Source of the DNA: a virus
Taxonomy: Duplodnaviria; Caudoviricetes
Length of the DNA: 35,093 bases
Virus record (IMG/VR): IMGVR_UViG_3300030329_004417
Span: 1 to 35,093 of that record
Direction: 5' to 3' (one strand)
Below, piece by piece: positions 24,725 to 33,699 of this stretch. The first letter of the stretch is position 1; each line of letters begins with the position of its first letter. The translations under genes were made by a program, and so were the position numbers. The notes below the pieces were generated by a model, which searched no databases, was not told the origin of the DNA, and saw only the letters and a list, made by a program, of their open reading frames with translations.

Positions 24725-24730
24725 GGGGGT

Positions 24731-24755
24731 GGGGGGCTTCGGCCCCCCATTTTCT
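24731..24755 (+). terminator. intrinsic terminator after the capsid genes
   Basis: GGGGGGC-TTCG-GCCCCCC-ATTTTCT. Confidence 0.8.
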
Positions 24756-24757
24756 AT

Positions 24758-25351
24758 ATGTCGTTTGATATAATTCAGATCAATAATATGGCCCTAGCCC
24801 TCATTGGGCAGGATAACATTAACACTCTCGATGATGGTATCGCAGAATCCGATACCTGCAGGGATATTTATCCCGGTCTTCTGGAGGCCATGATTACGGA
24901 ACATCCTTGGCGATTTACTATTGGTAAAGCCAAGTTGACCAAGGAGGCTGATACTCCGGAAAACGAATGGGAAACGTCGTATCTATTACCGACTGATCCA
25001 CCTATTCTCCACCTAATCTCTGTTCATATCGATGACCGATTGCTCGGAAAGGAGAATTATGACATTTATGAAAATCGTCGTCTCTATACTGGTGATCACG
25101 GTACTGATAGTTCACTTTATGTGGATTACCAATTTGTACCAGATGAGTCAGCATTCCCGCCCTACTTCATTGAATATATTAAACTTCGACTTGCCAGCCA
25201 ATTCGCTATCGCCTTAGCGGAAGATGGCACTACGTCCAAATATTGGGGGGAAGTAGCTGTGGAATACGGCAAGACCGCTCGTCGGTTGGATTCCCGCCAG
25301 CGGCACGCTCGTCCCATCAAACGGTTTAAGTTGACCGATGTGAGGGGTTAA
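24758..25351 (+). CDS. tail tubular protein A (T7 gp11-like adaptor)
   Basis: I.NMALALIG...HPWRF...LP.D...FPPYF...LA. Confidence 0.85.
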   Translation: MSFDIIQINNMALALIGQDNINTLDDGIAESDTCRDIYPGLLEAMITEHPWRFTIGKAKLTKEADTPENEWETSYLLPTDPPILHLISVHIDDRLLGKENYDIYENRRLYTGDHGTDSSLYVDYQFVPDESAFPPYFIEYIKLRLASQFAIALAEDGTTSKYWGEVAVEYGKTARRLDSRQRHARPIKRFKLTDVRG

Positions 25352-27318
25352 TGTCTGTAGCTTTTAAACCAGGGCGCCGTCAGTTTAAACAGGTTGTAAA
25401 TGCATTTACTGCTGGGGTAATTTCTGAACGAGGTCGCGCTCGTCGCGATATTCGTCAGTATTATTCGGGCGGTAAAACTATGAATAATGTACTTATTCAT
25501 CCGCAAGGTGGTTTTTATCGCCGCCCTCCGCTCAAATATGATGCTGATCTCGGGTCGGAAGCGGTAATTATTCCGTTCGATTTTTCGACTACTCAAGACT
25601 ATATTATTGCGTTAACGGAAAACCAAATTGAAATTTTTAAAGATGGTGTTTCTCAGACTACCATAGTAACTACCATTACGTTGGCTCAGGCTAAAGAATT
25701 GAATTATACTCAATCTGCCGACACTCTTATTTTGGTCCATGAAGACCATTATCCAAAAGAATTGATTCGTAACACTGACGTCAGCTGGACGTATCAGAAT
25801 GTTACTTTTGATTATATACCTAAATATCCATTTACTCCGTCGACTGAAACTCCTACAGGGACACTTACCCCATCTGCTAAGTCGGGGACGATTACGTTGG
25901 CGTCATCTACTAGTCAATTTTTGGCGACGGATGTAGGAGGCTTTATCACTGGTAACGGTGGTGAGGCTCGCATTACTAAATTTAATTCGACTGCAGAAGT
26001 CGAAGCAATTGTAACACTTGAGTTCATCGACACTTCTGCTATCGCTTCCGGGGACTGGGAGATAGAAAGGGGATATGAAGATGCTTGGTCTGCTACTAGG
26101 GGATACCCTAAATCGGCTACATTCCATCAGGGTCGCTTATGGTTTGGGGGGTCGAAGCAGCGGCCTCAAACTCTTTGGGGTTCTCGTGTTGGCCGTTTTT
26201 TCGATTTTGACCTTAATATTGGGAATGATAATGACGCCTTAGATTTCGACATCGAGGATGATCAGGTCAATGCCATTCAACAGTTGATGTCGGGTGAATC
26301 GCTGGAGGTATTAACTTCCGGGGCTGAATTCGAAGTCACGGGTAGACCTATTACTCCAGCGGATAGCCTGTTGGAAAGGCAGGACACTAAGGGGTGTCGG
26401 AACGTTAAACCCGTGTTTGTTGAAGGCGCAACTATTTTCGCTCAAAATTTGGCCGATAACATTTATGAATTTTTGTTTGATGATATGAATCAAAAATTTC
26501 AGTCCATTAACATTTCGTTGACGGCACATACTCTTATTAAGAACGTTGTGCAAATGGCATACGAGCGCCCGCTCGATGATCGCGATGCCAATCTTGTTTA
26601 TGTTGTTAATACAGACGGAACGTGGGCGGTTCTTAACACGATCCGTAAGCAGGACATTACGGCGTGGGTATCGGGGGATACGCGCCCGGCCACAGATAAG
26701 GTACTATCTATCGCCAGTATCAATGGGGTTACATATGCCGTTGTTCAAAGAACCATCAATTCAGTTACGAAATACTATCTTGAACAGTTTCAATACTATC
26801 CTGATTCCATCGCAGAAAATGGCGGTGATGATTGTTGGATTAATATTACTAATTCTCCTGCTTCTTCCGCTGTTTCTGGTCTTACCCATCTAGCGGGCGA
26901 GGAAGTTCGCGTAATTGGGGATGGGTTTGATCTTGGTACTCATACGGTAGATAGCTCGGGTGAGATTGCTGATATTAGCCGGGATTCGACTGAGGTCTAT
27001 GTCGCCCTCGCCATGGAGCCGGAAGTAGAGACCCATCCGGTGGAGAAAGAACTCCGGGATGGGACTATCCTTGGCGATCGTCGTCGGATAGTTCGAGCCA
27101 ATTTGATCCTGAATAATTCGTTTGCATTGAAAGTGAATGATATAGCCGTTAGATTTTTGCGGTTGGGCCAAATTCAGTTTAATACTAAACCGTCTTTGTT
27201 TACGGGCACGAAGCGGGTGACATTTAGGGGGTATTCTGACTCCCCAACTGTTAAAGTAACGCAAAGTGGCCCTTTTAGTATGGAAGTGGCGGCAGTCGTT
27301 ATGGAGGTAAAAGTGTAA
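25351..27318 (+). CDS. tail tubular protein B (T7 gp12-like nozzle)
   Basis: NAFTAG..S, PQGG..RRP, TQSADTL, GYP....FHQGRLWFGG....PQTLWGS and GLTHL.GE.V. Confidence 0.9.
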   Translation: MSVAFKPGRRQFKQVVNAFTAGVISERGRARRDIRQYYSGGKTMNNVLIHPQGGFYRRPPLKYDADLGSEAVIIPFDFSTTQDYIIALTENQIEIFKDGVSQTTIVTTITLAQAKELNYTQSADTLILVHEDHYPKELIRNTDVSWTYQNVTFDYIPKYPFTPSTETPTGTLTPSAKSGTITLASSTSQFLATDVGGFITGNGGEARITKFNSTAEVEAIVTLEFIDTSAIASGDWEIERGYEDAWSATRGYPKSATFHQGRLWFGGSKQRPQTLWGSRVGRFFDFDLNIGNDNDALDFDIEDDQVNAIQQLMSGESLEVLTSGAEFEVTGRPITPADSLLERQDTKGCRNVKPVFVEGATIFAQNLADNIYEFLFDDMNQKFQSINISLTAHTLIKNVVQMAYERPLDDRDANLVYVVNTDGTWAVLNTIRKQDITAWVSGDTRPATDKVLSIASINGVTYAVVQRTINSVTKYYLEQFQYYPDSIAENGGDDCWINITNSPASSAVSGLTHLAGEEVRVIGDGFDLGTHTVDSSGEIADISRDSTEVYVALAMEPEVETHPVEKELRDGTILGDRRRIVRANLILNNSFALKVNDIAVRFLRLGQIQFNTKPSLFTGTKRVTFRGYSDSPTVKVTQSGPFSMEVAAVVMEVKV

Positions 27319-27863
27319 TGGTTGCGGAACCGGTATCAGGTACAGCAGCGGCAGCGGCAACAGCAGCAAGTATATCGGCAACTCCAGTTGTTACAACTTC
27401 TGCTGGGTCGATTACTGTTGGTAATACGTTGGCTGCGGCGGCGGCGGCGGGTGGTCTTGCTTTATCTATGAGTGGGGGCAGCGCGGCGGCGGCTGGTATT
27501 GAGGCACAATCGAAACAGTCCGAAGCTCAAATCAGTGCCCAAATTGCGACGGAGGAGGCGAACGAGGCGGAGGAATCTCTGTTTAGAGTTCGGCGTCTCC
27601 GGGAGATTATTGGTTCCCAGGAAGCGTTACGGTCGGCTCAGAATATTAATCCGTTTTCCGGTTCCCCTGCGCGTCTTGTAGAATCCTCTAAGGCAGCTGC
27701 AGCTAGAGAAACGGATATTGAACGTTTCAATGCGGGTACTACCACCCGTGCTTTGAGAAGTCGGTCGGCATCCAATTCAGCATTCGCGTCTTTTAATGCG
27801 GGTATGGCTCGCTTTAAAGGGTTTTCATCCGGTGTAGGCAGTCTATTTACGGCGATATCGTAA
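27318..27863 (+). CDS. internal virion (ejection) protein
   Basis: Ala/Ser-rich with a hydrophobic N-terminus; T7 gp14-like position; TAATG-coupled. Confidence 0.65.
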   Translation: MVAEPVSGTAAAAATAASISATPVVTTSAGSITVGNTLAAAAAAGGLALSMSGGSAAAAGIEAQSKQSEAQISAQIATEEANEAEESLFRVRRLREIIGSQEALRSAQNINPFSGSPARLVESSKAAAARETDIERFNAGTTTRALRSRSASNSAFASFNAGMARFKGFSSGVGSLFTAIS

Positions 27864-29551
27864 TGGCGGATAAATTATCCACTTTTCAGGAACCTAGCGG
27901 TCGTCGCGGTCGCGTAATTCAACCGTTTAATCCGGGGAATGTAGCCATTCGTCCGGATTTCAGTTCGTTGTCGCAGAGTAATAATACTCTGGTTAATAGT
28001 ATTGTTGGATTTGTGAAGCGGAAAGAAGCCGAAGGCGAGCGATTTGAAAAAGTTCGTTTCGGTAATATGGGTGCACAGGCTGCGGCCAACGCCGATTTAC
28101 AACAAAAAGACCTCCAAAGCTTGTTTTCTCAGGATGGCGGTTTTCGTGCCCACGCATTTAATCAGTCCCTTATCGCGGGTCTTTCCGCCCGATTTAAGGC
28201 TCAAGTATCGACTGATATTGATAAATTTAAAAATAATCCCAATCTTCGTGCTAATCCGGATGCGATGGGACGAGCTATTTCCGATTATCGGGGTAAATTG
28301 CTGGAGCAAGCCCCTGCTCAGTTGCATCCCGATATCATCCCGTTTTTGGATTTACATACGGGGACGGCTCAAAATTCGAGCATAGTGGGACAGCAGAAGG
28401 CTGTTGTCGATGCTAATAAGGCGCAGTTCGAACAATATAAAAAGTCTCAATTGAATACTATTCTAAATCTTCAAGAGGAAGGTCAGTTCGATGCGGCGGG
28501 TAAATTGGAGAAGGAATACTTCAATGAACTCGATAAGCAGGGCCCTCTTGAATTTGGAGGTACAGGCGTATACACTGCTAAAGGTCTTGGCGACCAAAAA
28601 TTGGCGTTCCGACAGCAAATGCGAATTTCTGCTCTTCGTGGTGAGTTCCGCCGTATTCCCGGTTTTTCCGGTAAGATGGCATTCCTAAATCGTTTGTCCA
28701 AGCCGGGCAATAAGGAATTGGACGATCTGTTCACTCCGAAAGAACAGGCGTCTATTCGATCCGAATTGCGTACTATCGTAACTCAAGAAAATGCTGCGTT
28801 TAATTCTTCTATTGCCCGTAGAAATTTCTTAATGAAGGAAAAAGAACGTACTGCTATTAAAGCGTATATTGGCGTAAAATCCGATCCGGATTCTTCGGAT
28901 GAACAATTGAATGCTTCTTTACAGAATGTGTATGCCAATGCGTTCGGTCTGGATACCATAAAATTTGTTGATAAAGAAGCAACAGATATTAACGATGAAG
29001 CGGCGGATCAGGAGTATACAACCCGGTTCTTTGGTCCCGACGAAAAAGCTGGGAATGATCTGACAATCAACGATGTTGTTGAAGATTTTCGTTTGGGCCG
29101 AATTAAGGCCCCCACTGCTCGGCGGTGGATCGACAAGCTTGAAAACGCTAAAGATTTCCCGTTCCTCAAGTCCAGCGGGTGGAAGCAAGCCATTAAGTTT
29201 CGGAATAATGACTTTCCGGTAAACAAAAATCTCATGGGCGGATTTTCTAGCGCGCAATCGCGTAAGAATGCTGCTGTCAGGACGGAGATCGAAGAACAGT
29301 TGTTTAACGTTATGAAGGCCAATCCCGATAAAGACCCGGTTGCTGCGTATCAGTCGATCAAAAATCAACGGAAAGCTGCTGGGAGTCAGAAGACTAGTCT
29401 TGTGGATAAACATTTTGGCACTGGTGATGCAGTAAATCAAAATTGGGTGCAAAACCACAAGTCTTATCGGGAAGCAAAAAGGCTCGGAATTGTCAGTCCA
29501 GATTTGCAGTCTAAGTATGACGCATATTGGAAAGAAAAGGCGGGATTGTAA
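27863..29551 (+). CDS. internal virion (ejection) protein
   Basis: Helical 562 aa protein in the gp15-like position; TAATG-coupled. Confidence 0.65.
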   Translation: MADKLSTFQEPSGRRGRVIQPFNPGNVAIRPDFSSLSQSNNTLVNSIVGFVKRKEAEGERFEKVRFGNMGAQAAANADLQQKDLQSLFSQDGGFRAHAFNQSLIAGLSARFKAQVSTDIDKFKNNPNLRANPDAMGRAISDYRGKLLEQAPAQLHPDIIPFLDLHTGTAQNSSIVGQQKAVVDANKAQFEQYKKSQLNTILNLQEEGQFDAAGKLEKEYFNELDKQGPLEFGGTGVYTAKGLGDQKLAFRQQMRISALRGEFRRIPGFSGKMAFLNRLSKPGNKELDDLFTPKEQASIRSELRTIVTQENAAFNSSIARRNFLMKEKERTAIKAYIGVKSDPDSSDEQLNASLQNVYANAFGLDTIKFVDKEATDINDEAADQEYTTRFFGPDEKAGNDLTINDVVEDFRLGRIKAPTARRWIDKLENAKDFPFLKSSGWKQAIKFRNNDFPVNKNLMGGFSSAQSRKNAAVRTEIEEQLFNVMKANPDKDPVAAYQSIKNQRKAAGSQKTSLVDKHFGTGDAVNQNWVQNHKSYREAKRLGIVSPDLQSKYDAYWKEKAGL

Positions 29552-32500
29552 TGCCGGACGTAAACGCATATAGTCAGTATCGGGAAGCAGTAGAAGAGGA
29601 GTTTAATCTCCCTTCCACGCTGGACGAGGTACGTGAGTCTTTAGGTATGCCACCCGTCGCCGAGGCTGAGGCGAGGGAGGGTGCCTCTCCGGACGGTACC
29701 ACCATAGCAGCCCCGACGCCTGACACCCCCTCGACGGGCGACGGCGGCGGACGGACGGGCGTATCCGACGAGGAGGCTGGTCGGGTGATCTCGGAGCTTA
29801 ACGATCCCCGTCGAACTATAGTGGACGATATCAAAGACTCGGCAGGTGCGAATTCTGATCAAATTTTTCCTTCCGGAAATAAACTTCGGCATGATTTGAT
29901 TCAAGCTGGCGTGCCGGAAGCTTTGCTTAAATCGAATTTGGGTGATATTGGCTTAGCTGATTTAATCCCAGGTGTTGAAGCCGGGTTGTCATTTAATGAT
30001 TTGCTAGAAGCGCAAGAAAGACGCCATAGGGGGGAGGATTCTTCGATGGTGGAGGAAGGGGGTCTTGCCATAGCAACGGTACTTGGCACGATCCCCTTCC
30101 TTGGCGCTCCTGCGTCTAAAGTCGTAAAAGCAACTGCTAAAGCAGCGGGTAAAGGGCTAAAAGCAGTTCGAGACGTATTAGGGTTTAAATCCAATGCCGA
30201 CAAGCTTCGCGATGCGATGGACACCGCTATCAAAAACGAAAACGGCAACATCATTGGTTCTCAAGCCCATATTGCTACTCTTAATGACGATAATCTCGAA
30301 GTAGTGGGTCGATATCAGGGCGATTCTTCGGACATAAATAGCGCCTTGCGGAACGGTGATCCCACGTTCGATAAGTTTGCTAAAAGTTTAGATACTATTA
30401 TTGCTGAACGAGCGATGAATCAAAATGTAGTAGTTTATCGCGGGATTGATCAAAGTGTAGTGGGGAAAACTCTTCCGAAACCGGGCGATACTATTATCGA
30501 TCCTGCGTTTGTGTCCACTTCTTACAGTGTTCGGATATCCGACCAATTCACCCAACATGTTGGCGATAAGCGAGTAATTCTTAAGATCAAAGTCCCGGAA
30601 GGGCAAAATGCTCTTGATTTGTCCGCTACTAGAAATGTTCGCGATATTTCTGGAGTTCGCATTGAGGATGAATTCGAAGTACTTCTTCCCCGCAATACTC
30701 CGATCAAAATTGAAGATGTCCATGAATTTGAAAATCAGATACTTATCAAGGGTGCAGTCGGCGATGCGGCGGGTAAACCGGACTCCGATTTCAGGATTTT
30801 CGGCCATCAAACGCTGTCAGGTGGTAAAGATCGTGGTCCATTGGTACAGGAAGCACGAGGAGAGGAAGCTACCAAGCGGACTTTCCTTGGCGACGCTCAC
30901 CAGTTATTTAAGGATCATATAGTCACCCCTGCCGCTATGACGGCCAAAATGGACAAGGGCGACAAAGTTCAAGTTTATGGTGTTGCTCTTGGAGAAGATT
31001 CTCTGGACGAAGGTATTTTGGCGGCGGAGAAAGCAGGAGGTACTACTCACGTTGAGTTTATGTTGGGGGACCGGGAATTTGTTCTTCCGATTGATCATGT
31101 TATTAAAAATTTCGATTCCATTAAGGGACTGGAAGCTTCGCAAAAAGAATTCGGCCAATTGCAAGGATTTTTGGGGTGGGCCGGTAGAGACGCGGGTAAA
31201 TATCTTCCCGACAAGACGCTGAATATCAGTCTTCTTCGTATGAACACGACTGATGATATCAAGGCGGCAGCGGCGTCTCTTGGTGATATTACTCGGGCAG
31301 GCGGTAAGAAATTTACTGAGTCGATGGATGAAACAATTTCTCGTTTGTCCGAAGTAACCGGCACTGACATAGCTGTTTTGAAAAAGCGGGCAGAACAGGC
31401 TAACCGTTTGGCGGTTGAAATCAATGATACTACCAACCTTATGACTGCAGCAGCCTACCAACTGCGGTCTATGGCCCGTATATATGACCCTATGACGGCA
31501 ACTGCGTCTGACAAGCTTAAGATCATGCTAGAAGTCCAGGCGCTATCGGAAGTGTTTAAGTATGGCGAAATGATTTTGTCGGCACCGGGTCGAGCGTTGA
31601 ATATACAAAAGGTAGGTGGCGCAATAGATTTTGATAGTGTGGCTCGTGTTAATGAAATGATTGGTTCGTTTGGCGGCGAAAAAGCTATTGACGATCTGAT
31701 GCGAGCGTTAGGTACGGCGGAAAACCCTGTTGAGATTGCAAAAACGGTTCGACCCTCTGTGCTTTCTCGGGCAGGCGATGCGGTCATGGAATTCTGGGTT
31801 AATGGGATTCTGTCCGGCGTCAAAACTCTTGCTGTTAATACGGTGGGCAATACTCTATTCATGGGATGGCAAGTACCGGAGCGCGCAATTCAAGGGATGG
31901 TGGGTGCTATTCGTGCCGGTGGTCGGAAAGACGTAGATCGTGTGTTTGTTGGTGAATCCATTGCCATGATGTATGGTACCGTTAAGGGGCTGAAAGACGG
32001 TTTGCGTTTGGCAGGTAAAGCATTTCGTACGGGTGACCCGCAATTCGACAGTGTTGCAAAAATTGAAATGCCGGAATTGAAGCGGGCCATATCGTCTGAT
32101 CAACTTGGCTTGACTGGGATTCCGGGTATTGCGGCTGATGTATTGGGCGCTGTAATTCGTACCCCCACCCGCGTGATTATGACGCAGGACGAATTATTTA
32201 AGGGTATCGCTTCATCCATGCAGAATAATGCCCTTGCTTATCGGACTGTTGTGCAGAGTGGTGGTTCACTTACCAATCCTAAGCAAGTAATCGACAAAAT
32301 GAAGTCCGTACTGGATGATGTTGATGCGTACCCCGCTATTCAGAAGGATTCTCAAGCTTTTGCCCAGTATGTCACATTCCAAAAGGAATTAGGGAATATT
32401 GGGCAGGATATTCAGAAGAACGTGGGCCGATTCCGGTTGTTGGGAATCCCTGTACTGCGTTTTGTTCTCCCCTTTATTCGTACGCCCACGAACATCTTTA

Positions 32501-33699
32501 AAGCGGGTGTCGTGGAGCGGAATCCTGCGGTGGCTATAATTTCGCCTTCCTTTTATAAGGAGTTGGAAGCGGGCGGTGCTCGCGCCGATGCGGCAATGGG
32601 CAAATTGGCTATGGGGTCCGCTGTTGGCGCGGTTGCGGCATCGATGGCGATGGAGGGTCAAATTACTGGCTCCGGTCCGATCGACCAAAAACAGCGTCAG
32701 TTCATGCGCAGCGAGTTTGGATGGCGACCGTACTCGATCCGGGTTCAGAAGGGTCTCAATGCGGATGGGTCTCCGAAATATGAATACGTATCCTACTCTC
32801 GGTTGGAGCCGTTGGCCTTCCTTATTGGCGCGGTTGCCGATACGGTCGATATCCTGAAATATCAGGATCAGGTGGACGTAGATCAATCTGAAATCGATGA
32901 AGCGCAGGATTTAGCAGTTGCCATCGTCAGTGCTATCGCACAGAATACGATGTCGAAAACGTTTATGACAGGCTTCACTGATTTCATTCACGTTATGGAC
33001 GATCCCAAACGCTACATGGACCGGTGGGTACAGCGCTATTCAAGTTCATTCGTACCAAATATTATACGGGACGTCAAGACTTCCATGGACGACGATACGA
33101 TTCGGCAAGTCGAAACTTCGCTTGAAGCGATTAAGTCCAAAGTGCCGGGTATGGGTAAGGATTTACCCCCAGTGACGAATTATTGGGGCGATATTCGTAC
33201 GCGGGATAAAGGTTGGGTGATGGGGGCGAGTTCGTACTTCTCCCCCATGGCGACGTCCGAGGAATCTCACTCCCCTGCGGATAAAGAAATTAAGCGCTTG
33301 GCTATCGATGGGATTAAAGGTCCCGATGGTGAGCGCCTTATTTTCGATGACGCGATGCCCACGAAACCGAAACGCGATCTTACGGTAGATGGTGTTAACA
33401 TTCGATTGACACCGTGGGAGCATTATGATCTAATAACAATGAGTTCACGCGATCTCCAGATTGACTATTGGAATATCGGCAAAAAGATGAACCAAAAAGA
33501 GGCGTTGGACCACATGGTTACTCGACAAGACGCCTATATCAACGGGTCTGCGGTAGAACAGGCTGGGATGATAAATTTCGTAATGAGAGAATACAAACAA
33601 GCGGCGCGAGATATTTTGATCGAACGAGAAGAAATTCAAAATCGCCTTATAGAGCGAATGATTTTCTTGGAACGGGCTAATCAAGCTGGAGAACAGTAA
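29551..33699 (+). CDS. large internal virion/polyvalent protein with ADP-ribosyltransferase domain
   Basis: gp16-like position and size (ATG 29551, TAATG overlap). ART motifs YRG, FVSTS and EFEVLLPR. C-terminal PFIRTP.NI...GW.PYS..YSRLEP region typical of podovirus ejection/large polyvalent proteins. Confidence 0.85.
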   Translation: MPDVNAYSQYREAVEEEFNLPSTLDEVRESLGMPPVAEAEAREGASPDGTTIAAPTPDTPSTGDGGGRTGVSDEEAGRVISELNDPRRTIVDDIKDSAGANSDQIFPSGNKLRHDLIQAGVPEALLKSNLGDIGLADLIPGVEAGLSFNDLLEAQERRHRGEDSSMVEEGGLAIATVLGTIPFLGAPASKVVKATAKAAGKGLKAVRDVLGFKSNADKLRDAMDTAIKNENGNIIGSQAHIATLNDDNLEVVGRYQGDSSDINSALRNGDPTFDKFAKSLDTIIAERAMNQNVVVYRGIDQSVVGKTLPKPGDTIIDPAFVSTSYSVRISDQFTQHVGDKRVILKIKVPEGQNALDLSATRNVRDISGVRIEDEFEVLLPRNTPIKIEDVHEFENQILIKGAVGDAAGKPDSDFRIFGHQTLSGGKDRGPLVQEARGEEATKRTFLGDAHQLFKDHIVTPAAMTAKMDKGDKVQVYGVALGEDSLDEGILAAEKAGGTTHVEFMLGDREFVLPIDHVIKNFDSIKGLEASQKEFGQLQGFLGWAGRDAGKYLPDKTLNISLLRMNTTDDIKAAAASLGDITRAGGKKFTESMDETISRLSEVTGTDIAVLKKRAEQANRLAVEINDTTNLMTAAAYQLRSMARIYDPMTATASDKLKIMLEVQALSEVFKYGEMILSAPGRALNIQKVGGAIDFDSVARVNEMIGSFGGEKAIDDLMRALGTAENPVEIAKTVRPSVLSRAGDAVMEFWVNGILSGVKTLAVNTVGNTLFMGWQVPERAIQGMVGAIRAGGRKDVDRVFVGESIAMMYGTVKGLKDGLRLAGKAFRTGDPQFDSVAKIEMPELKRAISSDQLGLTGIPGIAADVLGAVIRTPTRVIMTQDELFKGIASSMQNNALAYRTVVQSGGSLTNPKQVIDKMKSVLDDVDAYPAIQKDSQAFAQYVTFQKELGNIGQDIQKNVGRFRLLGIPVLRFVLPFIRTPTNIFKAGVVERNPAVAIISPSFYKELEAGGARADAAMGKLAMGSAVGAVAASMAMEGQITGSGPIDQKQRQFMRSEFGWRPYSIRVQKGLNADGSPKYEYVSYSRLEPLAFLIGAVADTVDILKYQDQVDVDQSEIDEAQDLAVAIVSAIAQNTMSKTFMTGFTDFIHVMDDPKRYMDRWVQRYSSSFVPNIIRDVKTSMDDDTIRQVETSLEAIKSKVPGMGKDLPPVTNYWGDIRTRDKGWVMGASSYFSPMATSEESHSPADKEIKRLAIDGIKGPDGERLIFDDAMPTKPKRDLTVDGVNIRLTPWEHYDLITMSSRDLQIDYWNIGKKMNQKEALDHMVTRQDAYINGSAVEQAGMINFVMREYKQAARDILIEREEIQNRLIERMIFLERANQAGEQ

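Noticed and set aside
27338-27500. GCG/GCA triplet runs
   Set aside because: Explained by poly-Ala coding in the internal virion protein.
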